From the NCBI GenBank assembly GCA_000934665.2, contig JYFJ02001410.1, positions 61,117 through 81,116 of the forward strand: DNA of 20,000 nucleotides, read 5' to 3'. Both the position numbers and the translations under genes were made by a program. The stretch comes from Catajapyx aquilonaris. Lineage: Eukaryota. The notes beneath the pieces are model-generated. The model did no database searches and was not told the origin of the DNA. It was given only the letters and a program-made list of their open reading frames with translations. How positions within the stretch are numbered: the first letter of the stretch is position 1; each line of letters begins with the position of its first letter. Shown piece after piece: positions 1 to 9,315 of the stretch.

Positions 1-6
1 GGTGAA

Positions 7-10
<4 letters not shown>

Positions 11-40
<30 letters not shown>
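11..40. repeat. (GAT)10 trinucleotide microsatellite
   Basis: Ten perfect GAT units read directly at 11-40. Confidence 0.97.
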
Positions 41-1070
41 AAGTCAAAAATATTGTGTAAATCCTAGAAGGACAGTTACGTAAGGGCCATAAGTACGTGA
101 GCATATTTCATGAAATCTTCCTACTCTCTTTGTTACTTTTGCCTCACTTGTTGAATAATTGAAAAGACGGACTTATTTACAGTCTAGAGAGCATGTCTAG
201 TTTCCCACGTTTAAAAGTAGGGCCCGCAAAGTAAATAATGCAAGTCCAATTTAAATCCACACCTTTGTCCGCCCAAAACGTCGAGGCGCCATCGCCTCCT
301 CGTCGTTTCTGGTCCGACGGAAACTTCTTTTCATTCGATTGCGTCTGCTTCGTGCTGTAAAAAGGTGTTTGTTTGGCTGACTTCCAGCAAAGCATGGTGG
401 CGCATGAACCCGGACTAAACACGAGAGAGAAAAAAGAATGCCCATGAGAACGATGCTTACCTATTTACGCGGAGGGGAAGTCAAGAAATGCAGCGCAACG
501 TAGGTAGATGCTGTAAATTCATTGTGTGCGGTTTTATCCAGTCCTCTTCTCGTGGGCTTGAAATGCATAATTCAGTAATTCAGCTTGAGTTATTTAGGGA
601 ACCTGCAGTTTAGAGAAGTCATACTTGCATACTGCTCAGAAACAGCTCAGTTGTGTATTAGCGTGAATAAAAATGCATCAGTCTACGACGTGATTACGAA
701 AGCAGTTCATATGTAACTAAATTTTCACTATCATTGTTGTGGGAGGAAATTTGGCCTACTACACTATTCACAGTGTAAAATGAAAACTGTCAATTGAAGT
801 GTTGAATGAGAAAGGTTTCAAAAAGAGACGAATATAAGCACTGTATTTGTATCATCCGCATAGTTAACCTGATTAGATACATCGTACATTTAATCCTTGT
901 GCCTCTTCACACACTGGAGAGAAATGGAAATGGGAATAGAGACTGGGGGCAGTGTAAGTTGACATATGCGAGAAATTATCAGAATTTCCATGCAAAATAT
1001 ACCTCGAGTGTATGTAAGCAGCATGTGAGTTATACAATACAAAAATTCACTTTCCTCTCCTACTTTTCAG

Positions 1071-1156
1071 TTCTCAGCTGGCGTGAAAACAAGAGGACCT
1101 GCATCGTGCGAGAATGGCGCTTTTACCGGGCCTTTACATATCTTGAAAATGATGAG
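1071..1156 (+). other. Candidate isolated 86-nt spliceosomal exon (coding status unknown)
   Basis: Strong polypyrimidine tract and acceptor (ttcactttcctctcctacttttcAG, AG at 1069-1070). Near-consensus donor GAG|GTAAGA (GT at 1157-1158). The interior is more GC-rich than its flanks and two frames are open, but I recognise no protein. Confidence 0.3.
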
Positions 1157-3420
1157 GTAAGAGTGTGCATTGTTTAATGCCATAAAATAGAAGCTGGCCG
1201 ATCATAATTATCAAATGACAAGCAGGATAAACTGTGTACATAAAATATGTACATGCCTCTACATTACATGGATGTGATCTTTACACAACTCAAAGCTCCT
1301 GCACTGGAGAACTACAGCATACACTGTACAGTGCATTAAAATAATGTAAATTGTGCAAGTAAATTATATCCTTCTAGTGACAGGGTATACTGCCACCTAC
1401 AAATCTGATTGTGAGAGAATTAAGCGAATGAGTAGTGTTATCTTCACATACTCTCATAACGGTTAGGTGGTTTCCTTCCAAAAGGAAATACCGCAATTTA
1501 CACATACATAAGAATGTTTTTATTCCATGCAGACTCATTTCTGCAGTAAAATAATATTACAGTAGCCACAAATTGAATAGGAAAGAGGTATACAGTCCAT
1601 CAACTGTAATGCCGCCCTGTCTATCATTCCTACATTTAGTAGGATCAAGCTGAAATAATTTGCTATTTGATGTACAACAAGTCTATTCACTAATTAGAGA
1701 GGTAATCATCATGTGTGTTTGAATACGGAACAAAAATTTAAAGATGGTTGTTCTAAAATGATATTAGTTGCGGCTGTTGCTCTTATCTTAACTGACACAC
1801 ACACAGATGGAAAAATTCAGCCCTAAGTTTTCTGTGGTTAGTTTAATTGATAAGTTTGCATTTTACTACACGTCAGCTCTGCAGGATTTGCAATCCGAAA
1901 GAAAAATCCAAACGAGTCCGCTCGGCTAGGTCTGCAGCAGATAAAGTGAAAGTTTGGCCAACAACCCACGCACCAACTTCATTCGAGCCTTTTTCCATCC
2001 ATATTACGTATGCAGAGATTTGTCCCACGGGGAGAAATATGACCGGAGGAAGGAAGGGAAAAAGAACCTTCCTTCGAACTCTCAATGCAAGCGACTCTGC
2101 ACATCGGGGGGGACAGCCTGGGAAGAAAAACCAGTCGGTGGAAAACGCGGAGACTGAACTTGTTGTTACCAAAGTATGACAGTCGTGAGGTTCAGGCAAT
2201 TTTGCATTTCATTCCGGGAGTCCCAAACAACTACCCCCGGCGCAAAGCGTGAAATAATCGCTGGTATGGAAAGAAACAGCGGAAAAGCCCTGCCCGGAGT
2301 TGCAGGGTAGTGAAAAGAGAGTGCTTCCGAGCTTTCAATCATTCTGACAGGTCCTGCGAGCCTGTGTAATGGGCATATACGCATTGCTATGCAGTTAGAC
2401 TGGTGCCGAAGGGGCGATATCCACAAGGTGACACCCATTTTCGTGATGTGCTATATGAACTTCGTGCTGGTTTATCTCCATGCGAGTTGTCCCTTTTGGG
2501 ATGGCCCCGTACGTGATTACACGCCTCAGTCTGATTCTACCTTGATCCAACTCAATTTAGTGCTAACTTAATAACGTGCTTAAACACACAAGAGTGTGAA
2601 AGTAGTCTGGGTGCGTGCCGAGGTCGCGTGTTCCCCCAGGAGGTCAGTTCATTTTTGGCGGAGGACAGCTCGAGAGTCACTCTGTAATTCACAAAGGAGT
2701 GGGATGGGTTATTCATACAGGTCACTTAAGGCTGGCATAATTTTTCAGCGGATATGACAGTTCAATCCGGGGCATGGAGGCGAAGCAGTCTATAAATTAT
2801 CCTGTCCTCAGACGGACACAAAAGGAAGACTCATTGGTCACACGGCTAGTATCCCACGGGAGATGTTGACAAATGGAAACTAAAGCATCTTTTGCGCATT
2901 GGCAGAAAAATGTGAAATACTGACAAAACTGAACTGCTAGGTTTTTATGCAAGTGATGATAAATTGACGTTACATTTTTTAGGCAGACCTGCGGATTACG
3001 TCTAAAACAAAAGCAGTGGAAACAAATAGAAAGGGAAGGCATGGAAAAAAGGGGGTGTCTAAAAGCATAACCCATAGGCGTTTTCCCTAGTGCCTAAAGC
3101 CGTCTTATATTCATGATGAATGTGCCCCACCCCCCCTCAGAATAATACTGGTGCAATCGAAGCAAGGCAAGCTATCACGTGAAAAATGGCCTTCCACCAA
3201 CCGTATTGATTTGGTGTAGCAAAACCACCGTCATTTCGAGTGGCATAACGAGAGGAGGAAGCCACCACCTCCTTGTGTGTCCATTATAGTACAGTATATG
3301 GGTAAATATTTAGTAAAGATACAATGTTGTCTCATTGAAGTAGATTTAGGTAAATTATTATGATGAATATTTACACACTGTATAGGTATGGCAAATATTG
3401 ACCCCATATATAGACATTCT

Positions 3421-3434
3421 GGGGGGGGGGGGGN
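3421..3434. repeat. Poly-G tract (13 G) ending in an ambiguous base N
   Basis: G x13 at 3421-3433 followed by n at 3434. Probably a homopolymer of unresolved length or an assembly join. Confidence 0.9.
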
Positions 3435-4176
3435 AGTGTGAGACCTGGTCCGTCGCGTATACTTTGATGCTCGCCAGAGGAAAAGCCCCTTCGTAATCCG
3501 GGTTGATGAGTATAAGACACTGTCAACATTTTTCTTTATGTGCAGCAGGCGATAAAAGGCCGACTACATTTCCTGGGCTTACCGTGAGATTAGCGCTCTG
3601 GAGCCTATTTGGAAGCACCCAGCTTGCTCTTGAATCAAGCTTCTGGCTTAGACTTTGCCTCGGAATTAGTGCGACTATAGCGTGTATAGAACTGCTCTAT
3701 GTATATCCACCAGACATGTACAAGTGTATACAATATGGTTTGGAGGTTCATTTGTGCCATTTTTGCTAATGATCGTGTTGTTTACGCGCAAAAATTGCGA
3801 TGCGTGAGGTACCCGGAGAAATGCACACTCTGAAATGTATTTTGTGAGCTTTGTCAACAATGGCAGTGTTGGTGCATTAGAGTTCATTGTGTGCGCACGA
3901 TGTGCAGGATTACATGCCATAATAATACGGTTGCACAGTTTGGATATTTCATTGCTTTCAGGTACAGTATTTGAATTTAGACGCAAGAGACAATGCATTA
4001 TGCATGTGGTGCGCAGTACTTGCCACATGTAGGCGCGTACATGTCTAATTGAGTGTAGGAAGAAGTTTCTACATAATATTACAAGTATCGTGTTTCCCCC
4101 GCCATAAAAGCAGGTACACGTAGTATAGGCTATACTTTACACGGTGAATCTATTATAATGTTTCGTCTTATAATTA

Positions 4177-4308
4177 CACTATGCAACACGATATTTGTCC
4201 GTGGAAATTCAATGTCATATTAGTGTTCCTTAGGTCACAAGTAACTCATAATGGGCATTCATTTTGTCTTTGATTTGTTTTTGACTTCGGGGCAGGCAAA
4301 AAAGCCAA
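4177..4308 (+). repeat. Left terminal inverted repeat of the CACTATG element
   Basis: Matches the reverse complement of 4913-5049. The first 12 bp are identical, and there are perfect blocks GTGTTCCTTAGGTCACAAGTAACTCA and CATTCATTTTGTCTTTGATTTGTTTT separated by substitutions and small indels. Confidence 0.93.
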
Positions 4309-4912
4309 AGTCCTCAAATGTTGCAGTTTTTTCCCAATCAAGTGGACCTAAATGTTGCTAAACCATCTCGGATTTTTCTCAAAATAATCACAGCTGCACA
4401 CATCTATGCGGTAACACTGCATAATCAAGTTTCAGCCAAATTGCGAAGTACGTGGGGAGAGAAAAATCGCGCAATTTCGAAAATTGGGCCTTTTTTTGGA
4501 TAATTTCTTTCGATTATTGGAAGTGGTCAAAACCCAATCAACATATACATCAAATGAAAGAGAAACGCGAGGATAATGCGTCTATGGATTTTTTTGTAAA
4601 ATGCACTCAGAAAAACGTGTGTCATTTCATCAGTCACATGTCCAAGAATTTGGCTCCATTAAAATTAATGGTAATTCGGAAAACATATCTATTATTTTCT
4701 CACGAGCCATGCATGACCCAGGATTGAAACTGAACATATTGAATCTAGTATGGGTCATAACTCCTGTCACCAAATATGGCTGCTCTTAACGCAAATAATA
4801 CATCCCTATAAATGTTGGGGTCTAAACACTTGGGCATGTTACTGAGCATGTGGCAAATGGAATGCCATACATGTTGTTCTGAGTTCATTTTACAAAAGAA
4901 ATATATAAAAAA

Positions 4913-5049
4913 TTGGTTATTTGACTGCCCCGAGGTCCAAAACAAATCAAAGACAAAATGAATGTCCATTGAGTTACTTGTGACCTAAGGAACACGAATA
5001 TGACCATGAATTTCCTTGGACAAAAAAGGTCAAATTTTGTTGCATAGTG
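4913..5049 (-). repeat. Right terminal inverted repeat of the CACTATG element
   Basis: The reverse complement reads CACTATGCAACAAAATTTGACCTTTTTTGTCCAAGGAAATTCATGGTCATATTCGTGTTCCTTAGGTCACAAGTAACTCAATGGACATTCATTTTGTCTTTGATTTGTTTTGGACCTCGGGGCAGTCAAATAACCAA, collinear with 4177-4308. Confidence 0.93.
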
Positions 5050-5132
5050 TTATTTCAAAACTATAAACAACATTCACAAGATAAAATAGTATACCGTCGG
5101 CTAGACCAATGGTGGCACAAGCAGTATAGTGA

Positions 5133-5400
5133 TAGTGTTGCCCAGAATACAGTGAAGATTAGTTTTTCCATTTTTGCACAAATTGGCATAGCCTACAACC
5201 CTACATCACAGAATATGAAATATTTCAGGTGAGAGCTTTGATCTCATTATTCTCTATGTAAAATATTTGGAAAACAGATAATACGTGCAGATTTTTTATG
5301 ACAAATTCCGGACATTTGGGGAAAAAACTAAAAACCCTCATTTTCCTAGGAAAAAACGAAAATACAACAACAGGTTTTCCCCCATGCCTTTACAACACTA
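5133..5400. mobile_element. Possible degenerate hAT-like MITE (~268 bp)
   Basis: 8-bp inverted termini TAGTGTTG (5133) and CAACACTA (5400) resemble hAT (C/T)AGTGTTG ends. The flanks ATAGTGA (5126-5132) and GTAGTGAC (5401-5408) share TAGTGA, consistent with a decayed TSD. Repeated GGAAAA(A)C-like subterminal motifs lie near the right end. The TIR is short and the TSD imperfect. Confidence 0.38.
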
Positions 5401-5407
5401 GTAGTGA

Positions 5408-6094
5408 CTAGAATAAACACTGTTGTGGGGTCCAACACGGTTTCTTCGGCAAGAACAGCTCCATGAACGTCCGTCTGAACTCCCGGCTCATTGTACAATA
5501 CAACAGGAAGTTGATGGCACTGTTCAGCAAGATGATAAGGTCCATAATGTTATCCAAAAATAGGTAACAGTCGGAATTGATGGAGTTCCCATGGGTTACC
5601 GACAGAAGGAGCATTATGGCCCTTGGAAGCTCGGTGACAACGAAGAGGAAAAGGACGGCCGTGACCATCCTGTTGGTCCTGTCCATCTGCCTGTCAAACT
5701 GGGAAGGACCCTGGGTGTTGGTCAGGTCACGTCTCCTCCTCTTGGCCTCCACCAGTGCCAGAACCAGTCTTAAGGTAAGGCAGATGAGGGACAGGCAGGG
5801 GATCATGTTGATCATGATGGAGAAAGTCCATTGCCTCGCAACATTCACGTCCAAACTATGACTGACCAAACTGGGGTTCCATTCGATGACCCAGTTGAAA
5901 TGGCCATCTGACGCAGCTTTGAATCTGATGTGTTGAGGAGAGTGCATGAGGATGACGCAGACGTAGACAGCACCCACTGCCAGCCTGGCCCTTCCCTTGT
6001 TGCACCAGTCCTTGCTCTGGTAAGGCCAACACACCACCAGGTAACGCCAAATGGCCAGAGTCACCGTCAGCCAAGCGGAGGTCGCGTGCATCGG
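5408..6094 (-). CDS. Exon 2 (TM3-TM7 and C-terminus) of a myosuppressin-receptor/DMSR-like class A GPCR
   Basis: Begins after the acceptor TGACAG| with CCG ATG CAC (P-M-H) and ends at TAG (5410-5408). Family motifs: HATSAWLTVTLAIWRY (WRY in place of DRY), WC in ICL2, IPCLSL..LTLRLVLALVEAKRRR, DRTNRM..AVLFLFVVTELP, CY...D.MD...LLNSAINFLLYCTMSREFRRTF. These match the MsR/DMSR consensus as I recall it (HTISIWLTVTLAVWRY, LLEAKRRR, DRTTRML, NFILYCSMSRQFR). Confidence 0.93.
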   Translation of the reverse strand, partial: PMHATSAWLTVTLAIWRYLVVCWPYQSKDWCNKGRARLAVGAVYVCVILMHSPQHIRFKAASDGHFNWVIEWNPSLVSHSLDVNVARQWTFSIMINMIPCLSLICLTLRLVLALVEAKRRRRDLTNTQGPSQFDRQMDRTNRMVTAVLFLFVVTELPRAIMLLLSVTHGNSINSDCYLFLDNIMDLIILLNSAINFLLYCTMSREFRRTFMELFLPKKPCWTPQQCLF

Positions 6095-6171
6095 CTGTCA
6101 CATAAATAATATCAGTAAAATATCAACGACGACGATGCGACGATGACGTGAAAAGAACTGTTGCTACGTAC
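6095..6171 (-). other. 77-nt phase-0 GT-AG intron of the GPCR gene
   Basis: Minus strand reads AAG|GTACGT...TACTGAT...TTATTTATGTGACAG|CCG, giving a donor, a branch-point-like TACTGAT and an acceptor. Removing it joins the two ORF-track fragments in frame (..QQSFFK-PMHATS..) and restores TM3. Confidence 0.9.
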
Positions 6172-6501
6172 CTTGAAGAATGACTGTTGGAATATCCAGT
6201 ACACCGTTTGGTAATACTCCTTCGACATTCCATAGTATAAGTACAGTTCTTTCTCTCCCGAGGCGGCAAAGGCTACCCATGGCACGTACGAGAGCATGAC
6301 AGCTATGTCCGAGATGGCCAGACCCAGCAGGATGGTGTTGGTGGAGGAGGAAGCCATGTTCTTCCTGGTCATGACCACGATGCAGAGGACGCTGGACACT
6401 GACCCAAACACGCAGATCACCAGGGCACAGCAGGAGTGGACATCTGCGCTGTACCCTTCGGTCAATCTCATCGAGATCTCACTGCAGTTTGTGTAATCCA
6501 T
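6172..6501 (-). CDS. Exon 1 (N-terminus, TM1-TM2, start of TM3) of the myosuppressin-receptor/DMSR-like GPCR; spliced product 338 aa
   Basis: ATG at 6501 is directly preceded by an in-frame TGA. It runs 110 codons: MDYTNCS (N-glycosylation sequon), VHSCCALVICVFGS (TM1), MTRKNM.S.TN.ILLGLAISDIAVMLSYVP (ICL1/TM2; recalled MsR consensus LTRREMRSPTNAILTGLAVADLAVMLEYIP). It ends at the donor AAG|GTACGT. Confidence 0.92.
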
Positions 6502-9122
6502 TCAGACACCTCTGTCTACCTGCATGTACGTCCTCTCCGAATATGACTTTGTACTAGTGCACTCTCCCTGGGAGTCGGTCATGACTCCAATCAGCACAGA
6601 GACGTAACGCTTCCTGAGCGTCACATGTCAACTGAGGCAGCGTACCACCCTTGCAATTCCGCGTTCAATCATTTATTCCGACCTGTTGTGGTTGGCTGCT
6701 TTGAAGGACAATGCAGGGCATTAAAGTGGTTCGCACAAGCACATGGATCGCTGTCAAGATTGGGTACAATCTGTCAGCGGTGACCTTATTCAATGTAATA
6801 TTTACCATCCGAGGTCACGTTACCTTGTGACAATAATTCGTCCTCCGTTGCAGCATTTAAAAAAAATCGGCATTTGAAACCTCGGTATGTCTCTCAGTGC
6901 AGGAAAACGAGGCTTCCATTGTATGTTAATGCTCCCAGAATAAAATTTATGTTCATTACATTATTATTCAACCAATACCTTTGAGAATATGCAAGTGCGT
7001 AGTTTTGTACTCTGCAGATTTAATCCCCACCATACTAATTTTATTTATCTAACACAAAATGGAGGTAAACATTACTCTACAGTACAGCTCAATAGATAGT
7101 TGGAAAAGTTACTCGGATCAGAACCTATGTGGTTTGTGCTATTATAAAATATTGCATGTGAACTTCCACATGACTGTTACTTTGTTCCATTACACAGCGC
7201 AATAATTGCTAGTGCAGATACTGGAAAAATATTATTACTGCACGACCAGCGGACCTTGCCAATTGTGTCATAATTTAATTTAAATGATTCATTGACTAAC
7301 ATCGCCCTAAATTTGCACCGTTTTGGGCCCAGTAATGTAACTTGTCAGCCCACATCTTGCTGTAGCCTTCTGGCTAAATCCAGTTAAATTGACATGAATA
7401 ATGCATGTTTCTGACAAATTGAGTTGTGTCTGTAAAAGGAAACGCGTGACTTTCCCACATTACAATACAAACAAGAACTAATTCTTATTCATATGAGTAG
7501 GCTATACACTTGACTATTTTCTGGAAAAAGGACCTGAATATATTCTGCCATCCAGCCATGTTTTACACGTTGTGTTTGAAGCCCATGTGCTGTCCTTTCG
7601 TCCGTGATTATAAGAGAGAGCTGTTATGTCGAGGTGTGCTGGAAGGCTGCACCTGCAAGAGAATGGAGGAATCGAGAGTGGGCAAACCAAATGACAATTT
7701 GTAGTGCGGTGCAGACAAGGGAAGAGAGCTTTCCAGATGTGGCTCGACTGGAGGGGACAGAATTCCGGGTCTTTGTCTGCATCCGGAGGGAAACTGGAGA
7801 ATCCGGGCCAGTCCAGGCAGTGCTGTAAAGGCTGCTTGCTTCCGTGGGTCCTGTGCAGATGCGGACTCGTTCGTGCGAGCTGGAATCTCAAAAAGTTTTC
7901 AGAGGAAGCTGCGTGTCCGTTCTCCTGGTTGAAAGTGTCAGGGAGAATAATCCCATGGAGTGTCAGGTATTAGAAGGGATCAAAACTATCATCCAAGCGT
8001 GAACTGAAATTCCATTGATGGGGAAATTGGAAGGATTTTCTCTTTTTTTCTGCCATTGCTCTCCGCCAGTGATAACCAATGGAATATAAGCACGATATCT
8101 CCCACTGTGTGCTGTGAATTATCCAGTGGTGTTTACTTGGAACTGATTGAATGTTAAAGTGTGTAGAGAGAATAGTCTAGGTTTAAGGTTATTATTTCTG
8201 CTGACATTCAAAGACCTATCAGGTACTGGCATGTCGAGGCCATTCCGAAGTTGTCACAATGGTACTTAATTAAAAACATGTCTCACAAAATTCTAATTAC
8301 AAAAATAATTGGGCGTGACATATGCCAGGGGAAGGAGGCTACAGTGAAGATATAGTACATACTGCATAAGCCCAAGGAGTGGAAAAAATTACTGAAGCTA
8401 AATAATACCCTCAGCCTCTGTCTTTCATGAATTGCGTACTAAGGTTGAAGAAGAAAATTAATAAGATTATCCTAATTCTTTGGAGACACCAGCTTCCTGT
8501 AATATATCCGTCATTCCTCCATTTTAACAACCACCCTCGGGACTTGGATTCTTAGGGATTAATTAATAAACCCGTGCATGTGCAGTCTACATACAGAGTA
8601 ATATGAATGCTACATGATGCACTAGTGGAAAAAAACCGCCTTGTACTCGTATTCCGGCAAGAAGCTCACGTGAGATGAAAGGTGGAGAGACGCAGAATAT
8701 AAAAGATAAATTGATCCCTTCCAAAGAGCAGCTGTAAGCTGCTTGGATTGTTGCTTTGAACACAAGCTTTGTATGGATGATTCCAAAGAGCTTAATGTGC
8801 AATTTTTCATTAGTAGAGTTGTTTAAATATTTATTAGAACCGCTACACGGTGTGTTTTGTAATGATTGCGACAAACCTGTAGGGTTTAGCAGTATTCCTG
8901 TGGATCATTTAATACAAAGGTGTCATTTGGTCAACTGATCCTGGCTTCACGTACAATATGTAAAATATTTTGGAAGACATGTGTCCATCTTCTCATTGAA
9001 ATAAAAACATCATCAAACCTTATTAGATGTGACTGGCAGTAGCTCAGACAATATAAACGTGGCGGCCTGCCTCTGCGCAAAAAATTGCAATTGATGCTAA
9101 TTATTTTATTAACTAAGCAGCT

Positions 9123-9315
9123 GAAGCGGTGGCCGAGATGGTAACGTCTCGGCTTGCTGTGCGAAAGGTCCCGGGTTCAAATCCCCGCCCGGGAGTAACC
9201 TTTCTGCCATTTGAAGGATGCGGTTTCAGCCTCCTTTCTTCATCCTGACCTATTATGCAACCGCACCCTTGTTGCACGTATGGAATAACCTGCAGGCGTA
9301 ATAAATCTCTGTATA
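9123..9315 (+). mobile_element. tRNA-derived SINE (head resembles tRNA-Ala); boundaries approximate
   Basis: Pol III A box TGGCCGAGATGG (9130-9141) and B box GGTTCAAATCC (9174-9184) at tRNA-like spacing. The segment CTCGGCTTGCTGTGCGAAAGGTCCCGGGTTCAAATCCCC resembles the tRNA-Ala anticodon and T arms, but the acceptor stem cannot pair. It is followed by a ~120-nt unrelated body ending near AATAAA (9300-9305). No clear TSD. Confidence 0.75.
9130..9184 (+). promoter_or_regulatory. Type-2 RNA polymerase III internal promoter (A box + B box) of the SINE
   Basis: A box TGGCCGAGATGG fits TRGCNNAR(N)YGG. B box GGTTCAAATCC fits GGTTCRANYCC. Confidence 0.75.

Larger units (their letters stand above)
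4177..5049. mobile_element. Non-autonomous DNA transposon (873 bp), CMC superfamily, Chapaev3/CACTA-like
   Basis: Starts CACTATGCAACA (4177) and ends TGTTGCATAGTG (5049), with imperfect TIRs of ~130 bp. Flanked by a 3-bp direct repeat TTA (4174-4176 and 5050-5052). No transposase ORF inside. CAC...GTG termini with a 3-bp TWA TSD are the described signature of Chapaev3 elements, and CACTA/EnSpm elements also give short TSDs. Confidence 0.87.

Noticed and set aside
1235..1333. Short palindromes TGTACATA-aaa-TATGTACA (1235-1253) and CACTGTACAGTG (1322-1333)
   Set aside because: They are short, isolated and lack supporting context, so compatible with chance in 20 kb.
1847..2571. Stack of overlapping ORFs on both strands
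   Set aside because: No recognisable domain or consistent splice signals. Locally higher GC explains the open frames.
2937..3100. Possible hAT remnant (repeated TTTAGRC/GYCTAAA motifs and a TAGGG-like end at 3089)
   Set aside because: No matching opposite terminus or TSD could be identified.
4177..5049. Transib/RAG-like element, and ORFs inside the element (4318-4969)
   Set aside because: The termini look Transib-like, but there is no 5-bp TSD. The short internal ORFs show no transposase motifs.
6112..6171. C-terminal part of the 129-aa ORF (VRSNSSFHVIVASSSLIFY), and treating the GPCR as two genes or a frameshifted pseudogene
   Set aside because: This is read-through into the 77-nt intron. 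Canonical splicing joins both parts in frame.
5577..6496. Overlapping ORFs 5577-5861(+), 5591-5773(+), 5856-6101(-) and 6296-6496(+)
   Set aside because: They are shadow ORFs of the GC-rich GPCR coding sequence.
6601..6680. Core promoter for the GPCR (Inr-like TCAGTT on the minus strand at 6635-6630)
   Set aside because: There is no correctly spaced TATA box or DPE, and a lone hexamer is expected by chance.
7510..7973. Cys/Gly-rich overlapping ORFs upstream of the GPCR
   Set aside because: No frame gives a recognisable protein, and stops interrupt each candidate frame.
9123..9195. Functional tRNA gene
   Set aside because: A and B boxes are present, but the acceptor stem does not pair, the anticodon stem is disrupted and the T-stem has a mismatch. 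A SINE head explains it better.
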